Positions 1 to 12,200 of a stretch of DNA of 64,000 nucleotides are shown one piece after another. Under the pieces are notes generated by a model. It was given only the letters and a program-made list of their open reading frames with translations, was not told where the DNA came from and searched no databases. The stretch is from Squalus acanthias (Eukaryota), in the NCBI GenBank assembly GCA_030390025.1, contig CM059433.1, positions 45,136,001-45,200,000 of the forward strand, written 5' to 3'. The first letter of the stretch is position 1. Each line of letters starts with the position of its first letter. Position numbers and translations under genes: made by a program.

Positions 1-170
1 AATCCTCATCACATTTAAAAAGTACTTGGATATGCACGTGAAGTGCCGTAACCTACAAGGCTACAGACCAAGAGCTGGAAAGTGAGATTAGGCTGGATAG
101 CTCTTTTTTGGCCGGTGCAGATACGATGAACCGACTGGCCTCCTTCTGTGCCATAGATTTCTATGATTCT
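1..170 (+). mobile_element. CR1 LINE 3' end
   Basis: Same 3' tail as 48310-48480, ending ttctatgattcta. Confidence 0.8.
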
Positions 171-304
171 AAAAGTGCTCTCAAAAGGATTGGACAATTT
201 TACAACATCCTGTTCCCATTAATACTAAATTAAAACATTTTTAAGGTAGTAACAAAAAGCAGGGCTAAGAACAGCCTGTGTCAGGCAATTTGCTTCCTAA
301 TGCA

Positions 305-1675
305 CTTCCTACAGGATACTGAGAAACTCCAGGATGATTTGGACAGGTTGGGTGAGTGGGCAGAAGTGTGGCAGATGCAATATAACGTGGATAAATGCGA
401 GGTTATCCACTTTGGTGTCAAAAACAGAAAGGCAGACTATAGAATCATAGAAGATAGGAGCAGGAGTAGGCCATTCGGCCCCTCTAGCCTGCTCCGCCAT
501 TCAATGCGATCATGGCTGATCATCCAAATTCAGTACCCTGTCCCTGCTTTCTCCCCATATCCCTTGATCCCTTTAGCCTTAAGAAATATATCCAACTCCT
601 TCTTGAATCTATTTAATGAATTGGCCTCTACTGCCTTCTGTGGCAGAGAATTCCACAGGTTCACCACTCTCTGGGTGAAGAAATTCTCCTCATTTCTGTC
701 CTAAATGGCTTACCCCTTATCCTTAGACTGTGACCCCTGGTTCTGGACTCCCCGACCATCGGGAACATCCTTCCTGCATCTAGTTTGTCCTGTCCTGTCC
801 TGTCAGAATTTTATAAGTTTCAATGAGATCCCCTCTCATTCTTCTAAACTCCAGCGAGTATAAGCCCAATCGACCCAATCTTTCTTCATACGTCATTCCT
901 GCCATCCTATTATCTGAATGACAATAGATTGGGAGAAGGGGAAGTGCAACGAGACCTGGGTGTCCTTGTGCACCAGTCGCTGAAGGTAAGCATGCAGGTG
1001 CAGTAGGCAGGTGAAGAAGGCAAATGGTATGTTGGCCTTCATAGCGAAAGGGTTTGAGTATAGGAACAGGGATGTCCTGCTGCAGTTGTACAGGGCCTTG
1101 GTGAGACCACACCTTGAGTACTGTGTGCAGTTTTGGTCGCCTTATCTGAGGAAGGATGTTCTTGCCATGGAAGGAGTTCAGCGAAGATTCACAAGGCTGA
1201 TACCTGGGATGGCAGGAATGACATATGAGGAGAGATTGGGTCGATTGGGCTTATACTCGCTGGAGTATAGAAGAATGAGAGGGGATCTCATCGAAACATA
1301 TAAAATTCTGACAGGTCTGGACAAACTAGATGCAGGAAGAATGTTCCCGATGGTCGGAGAGTCCAGAACCAGGGGTCATAATCTAAGGATAAGGGGTAAG
1401 CCATTTAGGACAGAAATGAGGAAGAATTTCTTCACCCAGAGAGTGGTGAACCTGTGGAATTCTCTACCACAGAAGGTAGTTGAGGCCAAGTCATTAAATA
1501 TATTCAAGAATGAGTTAGATATATTTCTTAAAGCTAAAGGTATCAAGGGATATGGGGAGAAGGCAGGTACAGGGTACTGAGTTTGGGTGATCAGCCATGA
1601 TCTCATCGAATGGTGGAGCAGGCTCGAGGGGCCAAATGGCCTACTCCTGCTCCTATCTTCTATGTTTCTATTTTT
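305..1675 (+). mobile_element. 5'-truncated CR1 LINE (RT C-terminus + 3' UTR) with a nested antisense copy
   Basis: WQMQYNVDKCEVIHFG and LVRPHLEYCVQFWSP motifs; (TTCTATG)-like tail. Confidence 0.92.
441..906 (-). mobile_element. CR1 3' fragment inserted antisense into a same-subfamily CR1
   Basis: Reverse complement of ~1206-1672; flanked by CTAT at 437-440 and 907-910; host sequence resumes after it. Confidence 0.88.
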
Positions 1676-1860
1676 TTAAACCTGCGTTATACTGGAGCAC
1701 TAAATGGGTAACTGAAATACAGAATTTGTTGGTCGCACAGTTGGCCTGTGACTTTGTCACTGGTCATCTCTTGTCTTGCTCGCTTGTGATCTAGATTCTG
1801 TATCTCGGTTCATTCATCGTAAGCTATGTTTGGTGTTGTGACTGTTCTCTCTCACTGCAG

Positions 1861-2001
1861 GACTTTGACGAAGGGCTGTACTTGCTGATGAAGAGCAATG
1901 CCATTCATGGGTCCCACACAGACCTCTACGTTGACGAGAAGGGCAGTGCCACCATTTCCTTTTTGTCAGACATGTTCGGGCCTTTTCTGGAAGGTTATCA
2001 G
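1861..2001 (+). CDS. GNPAT: GNPAT (DHAP acyltransferase) internal exon, 5th from last
   Basis: ctgcag acceptor and gtaggt donor; 141 nt, phase 0-0; translates DFDEGLYLLMKSNAIHGSHTDLYVDEKGSATISFLSDMFGPFLEGYQ, resembling vertebrate GNPAT DFEEGCYLL...FKPFVESYQ (recalled). Confidence 0.93.
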
Positions 2002-2454
2002 GTAGGTTGGTGAATTTTCTGCAAATAATTTGATCGTTTTAGGATTCCTTTAGATTTCTGTGTTTACATTTAAATTTCCTGTCATAAAACAATACCGTCC
2101 TACATCTTCTATTGTCAGCTTCCACTAATTTCTCTTCATCCTTTTAGATTTGTCAGGCATTGTGTAATAATTGCAACAGTTCTGCTCTTCACTTACACCC
2201 TTATAATGGTTTATGTGTCTTCTATTAAAAATGAAGAGGTTAGAATTGAGAAAGGAAGTCATGCAGAACCTCTTCACTCAAAGGATCATAGAGTAGTAAG
2301 TGAGTAACCAGGGGAGGCCATTGAAGTACATGTTATAAATGGGCAACATGTGGATGTATTTCTAGCAAGAGGAGTGTATGAGGGATATCGTGAGAAAGTG
2401 GGGTCAGTCTGTGAACAATTAGATGGGTCTAAAGGTCTTTTTCTATTGCCAGAT

Positions 2455-2575
2455 ATTTTTTATATATTTTTATTTATGTGTGTATATGTATGTAGATATA
2501 TATATGTATGTATATATCTATAGCTCTCTCCATATATATCTATCTCTCTATATCTCTATCTCTCTCTATCTCAGT
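2455..2575. repeat. TA/TC-rich microsatellite-like tract
   Basis: tatatatgta...tctctctatatctc degenerate dinucleotide runs. Confidence 0.75.
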
Positions 2576-3104
2576 AGTTTAAATTATAATTTAAATCTTG
2601 ATCCATATATCGATTTCTCCTTCAGTTTTCTCAAACTATCAATGCACTGTCATTTTCCTGTCCAATTTTTGTGTGTTTGTCCCCCAATCAGCACTTTAAG
2701 GTTCACCCTCCCTTTGTACCTGACCGACAGGGCAAGCAGGCTTCTGCCAAAGCTGCTCCGTAACTAATCATTAGGAAGTGCAAGAGTCCCTCAAGGCAAT
2801 AGGTCTGACCTGTGACAATCCCCCTCTTTCTGTCTTATCGCATCGCTGCAGAGGCCTGACTCAGGTTAGAGACGTACCAGGTGGGGTTGAGTGTGCCAAC
2901 CCGTGTCGTACCACTCTGTGGTGTCAAATATTCGGCCTGAAAAAGCTGCTAACTGTGTCTCCAACAGTGCTGAATAATTTGCCCACTAAATAATGACTTT
3001 GAAAGTGTCCCTCCAAATAGGTAATGAAGCTCTGCATTCATTTGACGGTGAGTTTTTCTAGATATATAAAATGAAAAGTAGTGCTGTGAATAGAAAGAAA
3101 AAAA

Positions 3105-3315
3105 GAACTTGCATTTATACAGCACCTTTCACGACCTCAGGACGTCCCAAAACACTTTACAGCCAATGAAGTACTTTTGAAGTGTAGTCACTGTTGTAAT
3201 GTAGGACACACAGCAAGCTCCCACAAACAGCAATGTGATAATGACCAGATAATCTGTTTGTGATGTTAGTTGAGGGATTGGCTCAGGACACCGACTGAGC
3301 CACAGCTAACACTGA
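3105..3315 (-). mobile_element. Deu-domain SINE (SacSINE1/AmnSINE1-like), internally deleted
   Basis: acttgcatttata...cccacaaacagcaatg core shared with many copies in the window. Confidence 0.75.
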
Positions 3316-3740
3316 CGGCTGTGAAGGCAGCAATTGATGTAATGTGGCAATAGCACCAGCGCTGAGGTAAATTCACATGGCTCTAGTGCACATAAACTGG
3401 GCTTTTCCAGCATTTAATAAGACAATAGATACAAATACAGTAAGTCACGGCCTGCATGTCAGGAGTTGTTTATACAAGGGATTGAGTATGGAAGTGCAAA
3501 GAGAAAATGTGGCGCGAATGAGTGACCAGGGCAACAGGGAGCCATAGAAACATCCTTGATTATACATCAGAACTCATCCAGTTTGTGTTTAAACAGGTTT
3601 GTTCCACAGTTAGTCAATTAAGAGGTGTGTCCCTTAAGTCTAACTGCTTTTATGGCCTTTTTTTAATAGTAGGACAGATGTGGTAAGTGGCATTACCATG
3701 TTCCTATGTGACACTCTTCTCACATGCTGGGTAATAGTTA

Positions 3741-4536
3741 TGATGTGGAGATGCTGGCGTTGGACTGGGGTGGACAAAAATGAGAAGTCGCACAACACCA
3801 GGTTATAGTCCAACAGATTTATTTAAAATTACAAGCTTTCGGAGCTGTCGTCCCTTCTTCAGGTAGGGTAGCTGTGAGAGAATCTCCCAGAATTCACAAT
3901 ATAAACACAGAAAAAATGTATTCGAATCTTTCCCTACATCAAAGACACACTAAGAGCACAGCCAAGACAATGAGATGTGTCCCAGGGGGTCCAACGTGTC
4001 AAAACACCTGCTGGCTGCATATCCTCTCCATTTGGGTTTAAAAAAAAACCTGGAAAGACCGGCCATGATGTCAAGTCACGTTCTGTATCGTGACATGAAC
4101 CCGGTATCGCGATTGAGGCCGTCCTCATGAGTGCGGAACTTGGCTATCAGTTTCTGCTCTATGATTTTGCGCTGTCGTGTATCCCGAAGGCCGCCTTGGA
4201 GAACGCTTACCCGCAGATCCGAGGCTGAATGCCCCTGACTGCTGAAGTGTTCCCCGACTGGGAGGCAACCCTCCTGCCTGGCGATTGTTGCGCGGTGTCC
4301 GTTCATACGTTGTCTCAGTGTCTGCATGGTCTCGCCGATGTACCATGCTCTGGGGCATCCTTTACTGCAACGTATCAGGTAGACAACATTGGCCGAGTCA
4401 CATGAGTATGTACCATGTACCTGGTGGGTAGTGTCCTCACGTGTGATGATGGTATCTGTGTCCATGATTTGGCATGTCTTGCAGAGGTTGCCGTGGCAGG
4501 GTTGTGTGGTGTCGTGGTTGCTGTTCTCCTGAAAGA
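3741..4536 (-). mobile_element. Penelope-like retroelement 3' part (GIY-YIG endonuclease) with 13-bp TSD
   Basis: ORF 4076-4465 NVVYLIRC...WYIGET...HF...E...GLN; TGGGTAATAGTTA repeated at 3728-3740 and 4537-4549. Confidence 0.9.
3830..3866 (-). ncRNA. minimal type-I hammerhead ribozyme motif in Penelope element
   Basis: Minus strand TAC-CTGAAGA-agggacgacagctcc-GAAAGCTT-GTA: CUGANGA and GAAA cores, palindromic stem III, 3-bp stem I; stem II imperfect. Confidence 0.6.
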
Positions 4537-4930
4537 TGGGTAATAGTTAACCTGAGGTATGTCAATAAGAGAAGTGCTGGCCATAAAGCCTCATCTATGT
4601 TGCGTTGGGAAATGTACATCATAAATAACACATGGCTGTAACAAATAATTGAGCTTTAGTGGTTAGTTTGTGTGCGTGCCTGTGCAAAAATCTGCAAGTG
4701 CTCAATTTTCTATCTCACTATTACAAAGTTATTGTGCCTCTGTACGGATAGTAACAAAGGAACGTGCAGGAGGTTCAATGATTTGAGTTATTTTCGGTCA
4801 TTGTCATCTGTTTCTCAACGATGAGACCTTCCAATAAAGACCTAACGTTTCATGTCTGCTCTGCTCTGCTCTATATCTTTGGTCTGGTTTCTCCAGCAGC
4901 CTGCTTCCATAAGTGATTACCTTTAATATA

Positions 4931-5294
4931 CAGGAAACTCTTTATTAACCGGCACCGACAGGACCGGCGTGGTGCCGGTTAATCAAAAAGTCCGGATAAT
5001 GGAGAGTTATATCTCCCAACGTACGAGAGCCCCGTACATACTGACATGCGCCTGCATTCGGAGCTCCGTCTCCCCGGGGACCGCCAGCTGACCATCTGTC
5101 GTGTCCGCTGCCTACCCGGGCTGCACATTCCCCTCCCAATCTACATGCTCCGATACAAGGCAAACGCCTCGGTTTTTTTTTTAAAGTTAATTTTAAACGA
5201 GAGATGAAGGAAAACCCCGGTTACCTACTCAAGAATTTTGCCGGTTAAGAGAGATTTCCGGATATTTGGGTGCCGGTTAATAAAGAGTTTCCTG
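4931..5294. mobile_element. Tc1/mariner (Tigger/pogo-type) MITE
   Basis: Perfect 26-bp TIR CAGGAAACTCTTTATTAACCGGCACC; TA on both flanks; no transposase. Confidence 0.88.
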
Positions 5295-5589
5295 TACCAA
5301 GAAAGGGCCAGCTTGGGGAGTTGCTCAATCTTTACACACTGTGTGTCATACTCTTTATTTTCACACTTTTCCTCAGTCACCTGGTAATTAATCTTTGACC
5401 TATTTGTGTATATTTCCTCACCTTGAATTCTGTCCCATTTTTCACAGCTTACGCAGCTTATTTCTTTAGCCATTAAGCATAGTTGGTCCTGTCCCTTCAG
5501 CACACAACAGATAGCACTGACAAAGGATCTCAGCGCCTTGTGGTCATTTGCCCGATTCATTGAATGCTGCTAAAACAAATCCAGTTAAC

Positions 5590-5998
5590 GGTAGTATAGT
5601 GGTTATGTTACTGGACTAATGATCCAGAGGCCTGGACTAATGATCCAGAGACGTGAGTTCAAATCCCACCACGGCAGGTGGGGAACTCAAATTCAGTTAA
5701 TTAAATAAATCTGGAATAAAAAGCTAATATCAGTAATGGTAACCATGAAACTATCGGATTGTCGTAAAAACCCATCTGGTTCACTAATGTCCTTTAGGGA
5801 AGGAAATCTGCCGTCCTTACCTGGTCTGACCTATATGTGACTCCAGACCCACAGCAATGTGGTTGACTCTTAATTGCCCTCTGAAATGGTGCAGCAAGCC
5901 ACTCAGTTGTATAAGGCGGCTCACCACCACCTTCTCGAGGGCAATAAATGCTGGCCTTGCCAGCGACGCCCACATCCCGTGAATGAATAAAAAAAAAA
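5590..5998 (+). mobile_element. tRNA-derived SINE with LINE-derived 3' tail
   Basis: A/B-box-like head (tagtatagtgg...gagttcaaatc), tail matching the LINE end at 18437-18518, A-tail. Confidence 0.85.
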
Positions 5999-6601
5999 CA
6001 ACCTGCCCTGATGGATAGCTACTGCTCTCTGTGGCACCTTGCCCTAACAGAGCTCTGTAATTGTCTGACCACCTCTGTCAGATTAACGTCAGCAGCAACA
6101 CCGAGGCGCTCTTAATTTGTTTTGGGATGTGGGCGATGCTGAAATGATTGCCCATTCCTAGTTGTCCTGAGAAGGTGGTGATGGGCCGCCTTGTGTTTGT
6201 GCAAGTGTAAATCAGACTCACCCACCACTTGTGCAGCCTGTTTCCTTCTTGACAATTTAAAAAGGATCCCTAAAGGTGATGGAACGCACAAAACCTATTG
6301 ATGTCACGATTATTCTACAGTGCTCCACACGCTACGTTTTGCAAGTCTTAAGATATAGGAAGATATTTTTAATTTTAATGTTTAATTTTTTTGCTATATT
6401 TTAAAGTTTGATTTGCAGCTTAAAATACTAATTTTCAGAATGCAGGTGTTAGATTACAGAATTTTTTGAGTTAGATCATTTCTACACAATCTTTCTATCT
6501 CTTCTGGTTTTCACTAGAAATACACACCATAAAATAAAGACTTTTTAATTTAAAAAAAAACTCCAAGGATCTCGCTTGAACATAAATGTTTGTATCTGTA
6601 G

Positions 6602-6704
6602 GTTATTTGCAAATACCTGCTGTGCACAGAATTCACTGACGATTTTACTGAGAAGATGTTAGTTACTGAAATCCGAAACTATGCAGCAGAACTCATTTTA
6701 ACAG
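6602..6704 (+). CDS. GNPAT: GNPAT exon, 4th from last
   Basis: ctgtag acceptor and gtattt donor; 103 nt, phase 0-1; VICKYLLCTEFTDDFTEKMLVTEIRNYAAELILT-G, resembling GNPAT IICKYLL... Confidence 0.9.
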
Positions 6705-6775
6705 GTATTTCATTTAAAAATGTATCCTTTTCAACCTTGATTTCCCCTTTTAACTGGCTCTGGAGTGTTTGGATT

Positions 6776-7643
6776 TCTCCTTTAACTGGGACAGTGATGG
6801 CCTGAGTTTCCCTTTAACCGGGACAGAGATGGCCTGAGTTTCCCTTTAACCGGGACAGAGATGGCCTGAGTTTCCCTTTAACCGGGACAGAGATGGCCTG
6901 AGTTTCCCTTTAACCGGGACAGAGATGGCCTGAGTTTCCCTTTAACCGGGACAGAGATGGCTAGAATTTCCCTTTAACCGCGACAGAGATGGCCTGAGTT
7001 TTCCTTTAACCGGGACAGAGATGGCTAGAATTTCCCTTTAACCGGGACAGAGATGGCCTGAGTTTTCCTTTAACCGGGACAGAGATGGCTAGAATTTCCC
7101 TTTAACCGGGACAGAGATGGCCTGAGTTTCCCTTTAACCGGGACAGAGATGGCCTGAGTTTCCCTTTAACCGGGACAGAGATGGCCTGAGTTTCCCTTTA
7201 ACCGGGACAGAGATGGCCTGAGTTTCCCTTTAACCGGGACAGAGATGGCCTGAGTTTCCCTTTAACCGGGACAGAGATGGCCTGAGTTTTCCTTTAACCG
7301 GGACAGAGATGGCCTGAGTTTTCCTTTAACCGGGACAGAGATGGCCTGAATTTCCCTTTAACCGGGACAGAGATGGCCTGAATTTCCCTTTAACCGGGAC
7401 AGAGATGGCCTGAGTTTCCCTTTAACCGGGACAGAGATGGCCTGAGTTTCCCTTTAACCGGGACAGAGATGGCCTGAGTTTCCCTTTAACCGGGACAGAG
7501 ATGGCCTGAGTTTTCCTTTAACCGGGACAGAGATGGCCTGAATTTCCCTTTAACCGGGACAGAGATGGCCTGAATTTCCCTTTAACCGGGACAGAGATGG
7601 CCTGAGTTTTCCTTTAACCGGGACAGAGATAGCCTGAGTTTCA
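6776..7643. repeat. 32-bp minisatellite, ~27 copies, in a GNPAT intron
   Basis: Unit TCCCTTTAACCGGGACAGAGATGGCCTGAGTT, near-identical copies without spacers. Confidence 0.97.
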
Positions 7644-8286
7644 GCTGTGTCTGTGATTTTAAAATGCCTGTTTTGAGCTGGCTTTTATTGTGCTGAGGAT
7701 GACTGATATTGTTGGGCGGTGGGAGATGTGTTGACTTTCACTGCAGTATTCTCATCAAGCACACCTCAGGAACTCGTGGGCCAGCTGCCGAGTAAAGGCC
7801 CCATCAATGTGCCTTATTCCCAGTCCCGAGTGCACCAGTGTGAAAGGCTTTGTTCACATTGGCGAGATTGCCAAATTAGTGCCAGGTACAGGGAGCTTAA
7901 TGCTGTGGACCCACCCATCAGGAATTGGAGTGAGGCTGCCACAGTCCCTTCATGTAAGAAGCTTGCCGTTGACTGAGGGAGGAAAATCCTATCCACAGAT
8001 TCCCAGAGGTGACGGGGATTGCAGTAATCCCCAGTTGCTGTACATGTCCTTGAATAGTATTCTTGCAGCCTTGTGGTTTCCCTGACAGTTGCCTCACATA
8101 TTTACAAAGTGTGGATGAGTGAGTTCCACTGCTGATCAGAGCTGCGTGTGAACTTGTGATTTACTGCTGTTGCTGTTCAGGGGTAAGGAATGGATCATAT
8201 CATCATGTTAGTGATCAGTGTATTACAGCAGAATTGTGCATCTATTCCCATCATAGTCTGACTCTCACTTTCTCTCTTGAGTGTAG

Positions 8287-8380
8287 GTGCCATAAAGTAT
8301 AATGAGGTCCTTTCGGTGGATATGCAGAAAAATGCACTGGCTGCTTTGGTCCGGCTCGGTGCTGTGGAGAAACTAAAGAT
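8287..8380 (+). CDS. GNPAT: GNPAT exon, 3rd from last
   Basis: gtgtag acceptor and gtacgt donor; 94 nt, phase 1-2; AIKYNEVLSVDMQKNALAALVRLGAVEKLK, resembling GNPAT [22 protein letters not shown]. Confidence 0.93.
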
Positions 8381-8498
8381 GTACGTATCAGAAAAATGCA
8401 TCTCGCGTTCTCAGACCGTGCTGTTCAAAGGTAGTTTATTCAGATTTGTATCCACTGCGAGGATGTGACTTGACACTTATTGATTTGATCCTTTACAG

Positions 8499-8560
8499 AG
8501 CTGGTGGGATCACCTGTAAGGTGAACAAGCAGACTGTTGCCAGGGTGGTGGACATGTTGG
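8499..8560 (+). CDS. GNPAT: GNPAT penultimate exon
   Basis: ttacag acceptor and gtaagg donor; 62 nt, phase 2-1 fits both neighbours; AGGITCKVNKQTVARVVDML. Confidence 0.88.
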
Positions 8561-8985
8561 GTAAGGATGTCCAGTTTACCTTCCACACCAAAAAAAAGGT
8601 TTTGTGGTCTTCAACCTCCCTCTGCATAACAATAATAAAACTTAGAATTCCGTGTGGCCCGGTGCGTGCGGCGCGGCTCTGCTTGTACCGTGTGGCTCCG
8701 TGTGTACCACTTGTATGGCACGGCTCCGCATGTAATGGGAGCAATATGCAAAGTAGAACCTCTCCGTCATTGATCAAAAGTTGACAAATAGATTGGAGGC
8801 AGTTTTGGTCTTTTTTCAGCTTTCCTGAGCAGGAGCAGGTTAGGGGCTGCGCTAAGTGTGGCAAGTTATAATTGCCTGAATTCTGAGACGCTGTAAGGAG
8901 CAGGTTAGAAATCGCAGGTTTACAAACTCACTTCGCACAGAGGTTTAAAATCTAGTCACTCAATGTGACCCGTAGTAACACCTTG

Positions 8986-9099
8986 AGGGGGTGAATTTCC
9001 TGATCCGCCACTGCGGAAATACTGTTTATGCCACGTAAACAGGCTTTCCACCAAAGTTAGGTAGCAGAGTGGAGGGAGCCCCAAGGAAATTCACCCCCT
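8986..9099. mobile_element. very small TIR element (Harbinger-like MITE)
   Basis: 15-bp inverted termini AGGGGGTGAATTTCC / GGAAATTCACCCCCT; TSD not clear. Confidence 0.55.
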
Positions 9100-9204
9100 T
9101 CTCATTACGCTTCAATCCATGAATATTTTGGAATTTTTTCATGTTTATTTAAAAAATAAGTTGTACTAGCGCAGGCACGATGAACCAAATGGCCTCCTTC
9201 TGTG

Positions 9205-12200
9205 AACATAAGAACATAAGAAATAGGAGCAGGAATAGGTCACTTGGCCCCTCGAGCCTGCTCCGCCATTCAATAAGATCATGGCTGATCTTGGGCTCAA
9301 AGCCACTTCCCTGCCCGCTCCCCATAACCCTTCACTCCCTTATCTTGCAAAAATCTGTCTATCTCCACCTTAAATGTATTTAATGACCCAGCCTCCACGG
9401 CTTTCTGGGGCATAGAATTCCACAGATTTATGACCCTCAGAAGAAATTCCTCCTCATCTCAGTTCTAAAAGGGCGACCCTTTATTCTGAAACTGTGCCCC
9501 CCGAGTTCTAGATTTCCCCACGAGGGGAAACATCCTCTCTGCATCTACCTTGTCGAGCCCCCTCAGTATCTTATATGTTTCAATAAGATCACCTCTCATT
9601 CTTCTAAATTCCAATGAGTATAGGCTCAACCTTTCTTCATAAGTCAACCCCCTCATCTCAGGAATCAACCGTGTGAATCGTCTCTGAACTGCCTCCAATG
9701 CAAGTGTATCCTTCCTTTAATAAGGAGACCAAAACTGTACGCAGTACTCAAGGTGTGGTCTCACCAATACCCTGTACAGTTGTAGGAGGACTTCCCTGCT
9801 TTTATACTCCAACCCCCTTGCAATAAAGGCCAACATTCCATTTGCCTTTTTGATTACTTGCTGTACCTGCATGCCAACTTTTTGTGTTTCATGCACAAGG
9901 ACCCCCAGGTCCCTCTGAACTGTAGCATTTTGTAATCTCTCGCCATTTAAATAATAATTTGCTTTTTTATTTTTCCTGCCAAAGTGGATACCTCGCACTC
10001 CATCTGCCAAATGTTTGCCCACTCACTTAGCCTGTCTATATCCCTTTGCAGATTCTTTGAGTCCTCTGCACAACTTGCTTTCCCATCCATCTTTGTATCA
10101 TCTGCAAACTTGTCTACCTTACACTTGGTCCCTTCATCCAAGTCATTAATGTAGATTGTAAATAGTTGAGGCCCCAGCACTGATCCCTGTGGCACCCCAC
10201 TAGTTACCGTTTGCCAACCGGAAAATGACCCATTTATCCCGACTCTCTGCTTTCTATTAGTTAGCCAATTCTCTATCCATGCTAATATATTACCCCCAAC
10301 TCCGTGAGCTCTTATCTTATGCAGTAACCTTTTATGTGGCACCTTATCGAATGCCTTCTGGAAATCCAAATACACCACCTCCACTGGCTCACCTTTGTCC
10401 ACCCTGCTCGTTACATCCTCAAAGAACTCCAGCAAATTTGTTAAACATGATTTCCCTTTCATAAAACCATGCTGACTCTGCCTGACTGCATTATGATTTT
10501 CCAAATGCCCTGCTACTGCTTCCTTAATGAAGGACTCCAGCATTTTCCCAACGACAGATGTTAGGCTAACTGGCCTATAGTTTCCTGCTTTCTGTCTCCC
10601 TCCTTTCTTAAATAGGGGTGTTACATTTGCGGTTTTCCAATCCGCTGGGACCTCTCCAGAGTCCAGGGAATTTTGGTATATTGCAACCAATGCATCCACT
10701 ATCTCTCTGCAGCCACTTCTTTTAAGACCCTGGGATGCAGGCCATCTGGTCCAAGTACTTTTTCCTTAGTGATAGTGATTGTCTTTAGTTCCCCCCTCCC
10801 TGTGGCCCCTTGATTATCCATTATTGGGATGTTGTTAGTGTCTTCTACCGTGAAGACAGATACAAAATATTTGTTCAGAGTCTCTGCCATTTCCCCATTC
10901 CCCATTATTAATTCCCCAGTCTCATCCTCTAAGGGACCAACGTTTACTTTAGCTACTCTCTTTTTATATACCTGTAGAAGCTCTTACTATCTGTTTTAAT
11001 ATTTCTTGCCAGTTTACTCTCATAATTCATCGTCCTCCTTTGCTGGTTTTTAAAAATTCACCAATCTTGGCAACATTGTATGCCTTCGTTTTCAATTTGA
11101 TACCATCCTTTACTTCCTAAGTTAGCCACGGATGGTGCTCCCTTCTCTTAAAATCTTTCTTTCTCAGTGGAATATATTTTTGTTGAGAGTTATGAAATAT
11201 CTCCTTAAATGTCTGCCACTGCATTTCAACTGTCTTACCCTTTAATTTATTTTTCCAGTCCACTTTAGCCAGTTCTGCCCTCATGCCATTGTAATTGCCT
11301 TTGTTTAAGATCAGGACACTGGTTTGAGATACAACTTTCTCACCCTCCAACTGAATTTGAAATTCAACTATGCTATGATCACTCTTTCCTGGAGGATTCT
11401 TTACTATGAGATCATTTATTAATTCTGTCTCATTACACAGTACCAGATCCAAGATAGCCTGCTCTCTGGTTGGTTCCATTACATACTGTTCTAGGAAACC
11501 ATCCCAGATACATTCTATGAACTCCTCCTCAAGGCTACCATGGCCAATTTGATTTGTCCAATCAATATGGAGATTAAAATCACCCATGATTATTACCGTA
11601 CCTTTTTTACAGGCCTCCATTATTTGTTGATTTATACTCTGTCCAACAGTATTGCTAGTGTTCGGGGGCCTGTAGACTATGCCCACCAGAGACTTTTTCC
11701 CCTTATTATTTTTTATCTCCACCCAAACCGATTCTACATCTTGATCTTCTGAGCCAATATCACTTCTCACCACTGCACTGATCCCATCCTTTACCATCAA
11801 AGCCACCCCACCTCCCTTTTCTTTCTGCCTATCCTTCCGAATTGTCAAATACCCTGGAATATTCAGTTCCCAGCCCTGGTCACCTTGCAACCATGTCTCT
11901 GTAATGGCGATCAGATCATACCCATTTGTATCTTTGTGCCGTCAACTCATCTATCTCGTTACGAATGCTGCGTGCATTCAGATATAGAGCTTTTAACTTT
12001 GTCTTTTTATCATTTCTCCTTGTTTTGGCCCCATTTTCTGTTGCACTCTTATTTTTAAACATTCTGTCCCATCCTGTCACACTCTGGTTATTATTTCTCC
12101 CATCTCTATCCTGCTTTATTGGTTTCTCATTTCTCATTGACTTTTTAAATTCCCGCTCACCTGGACCCTCCCTCCCACTATTTAGTTTAAAGCCCTCTCT

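Noticed and set aside
6776-7643. CRISPR-like 32-bp repeat
   Set aside because: Head-to-tail minisatellite without spacers.
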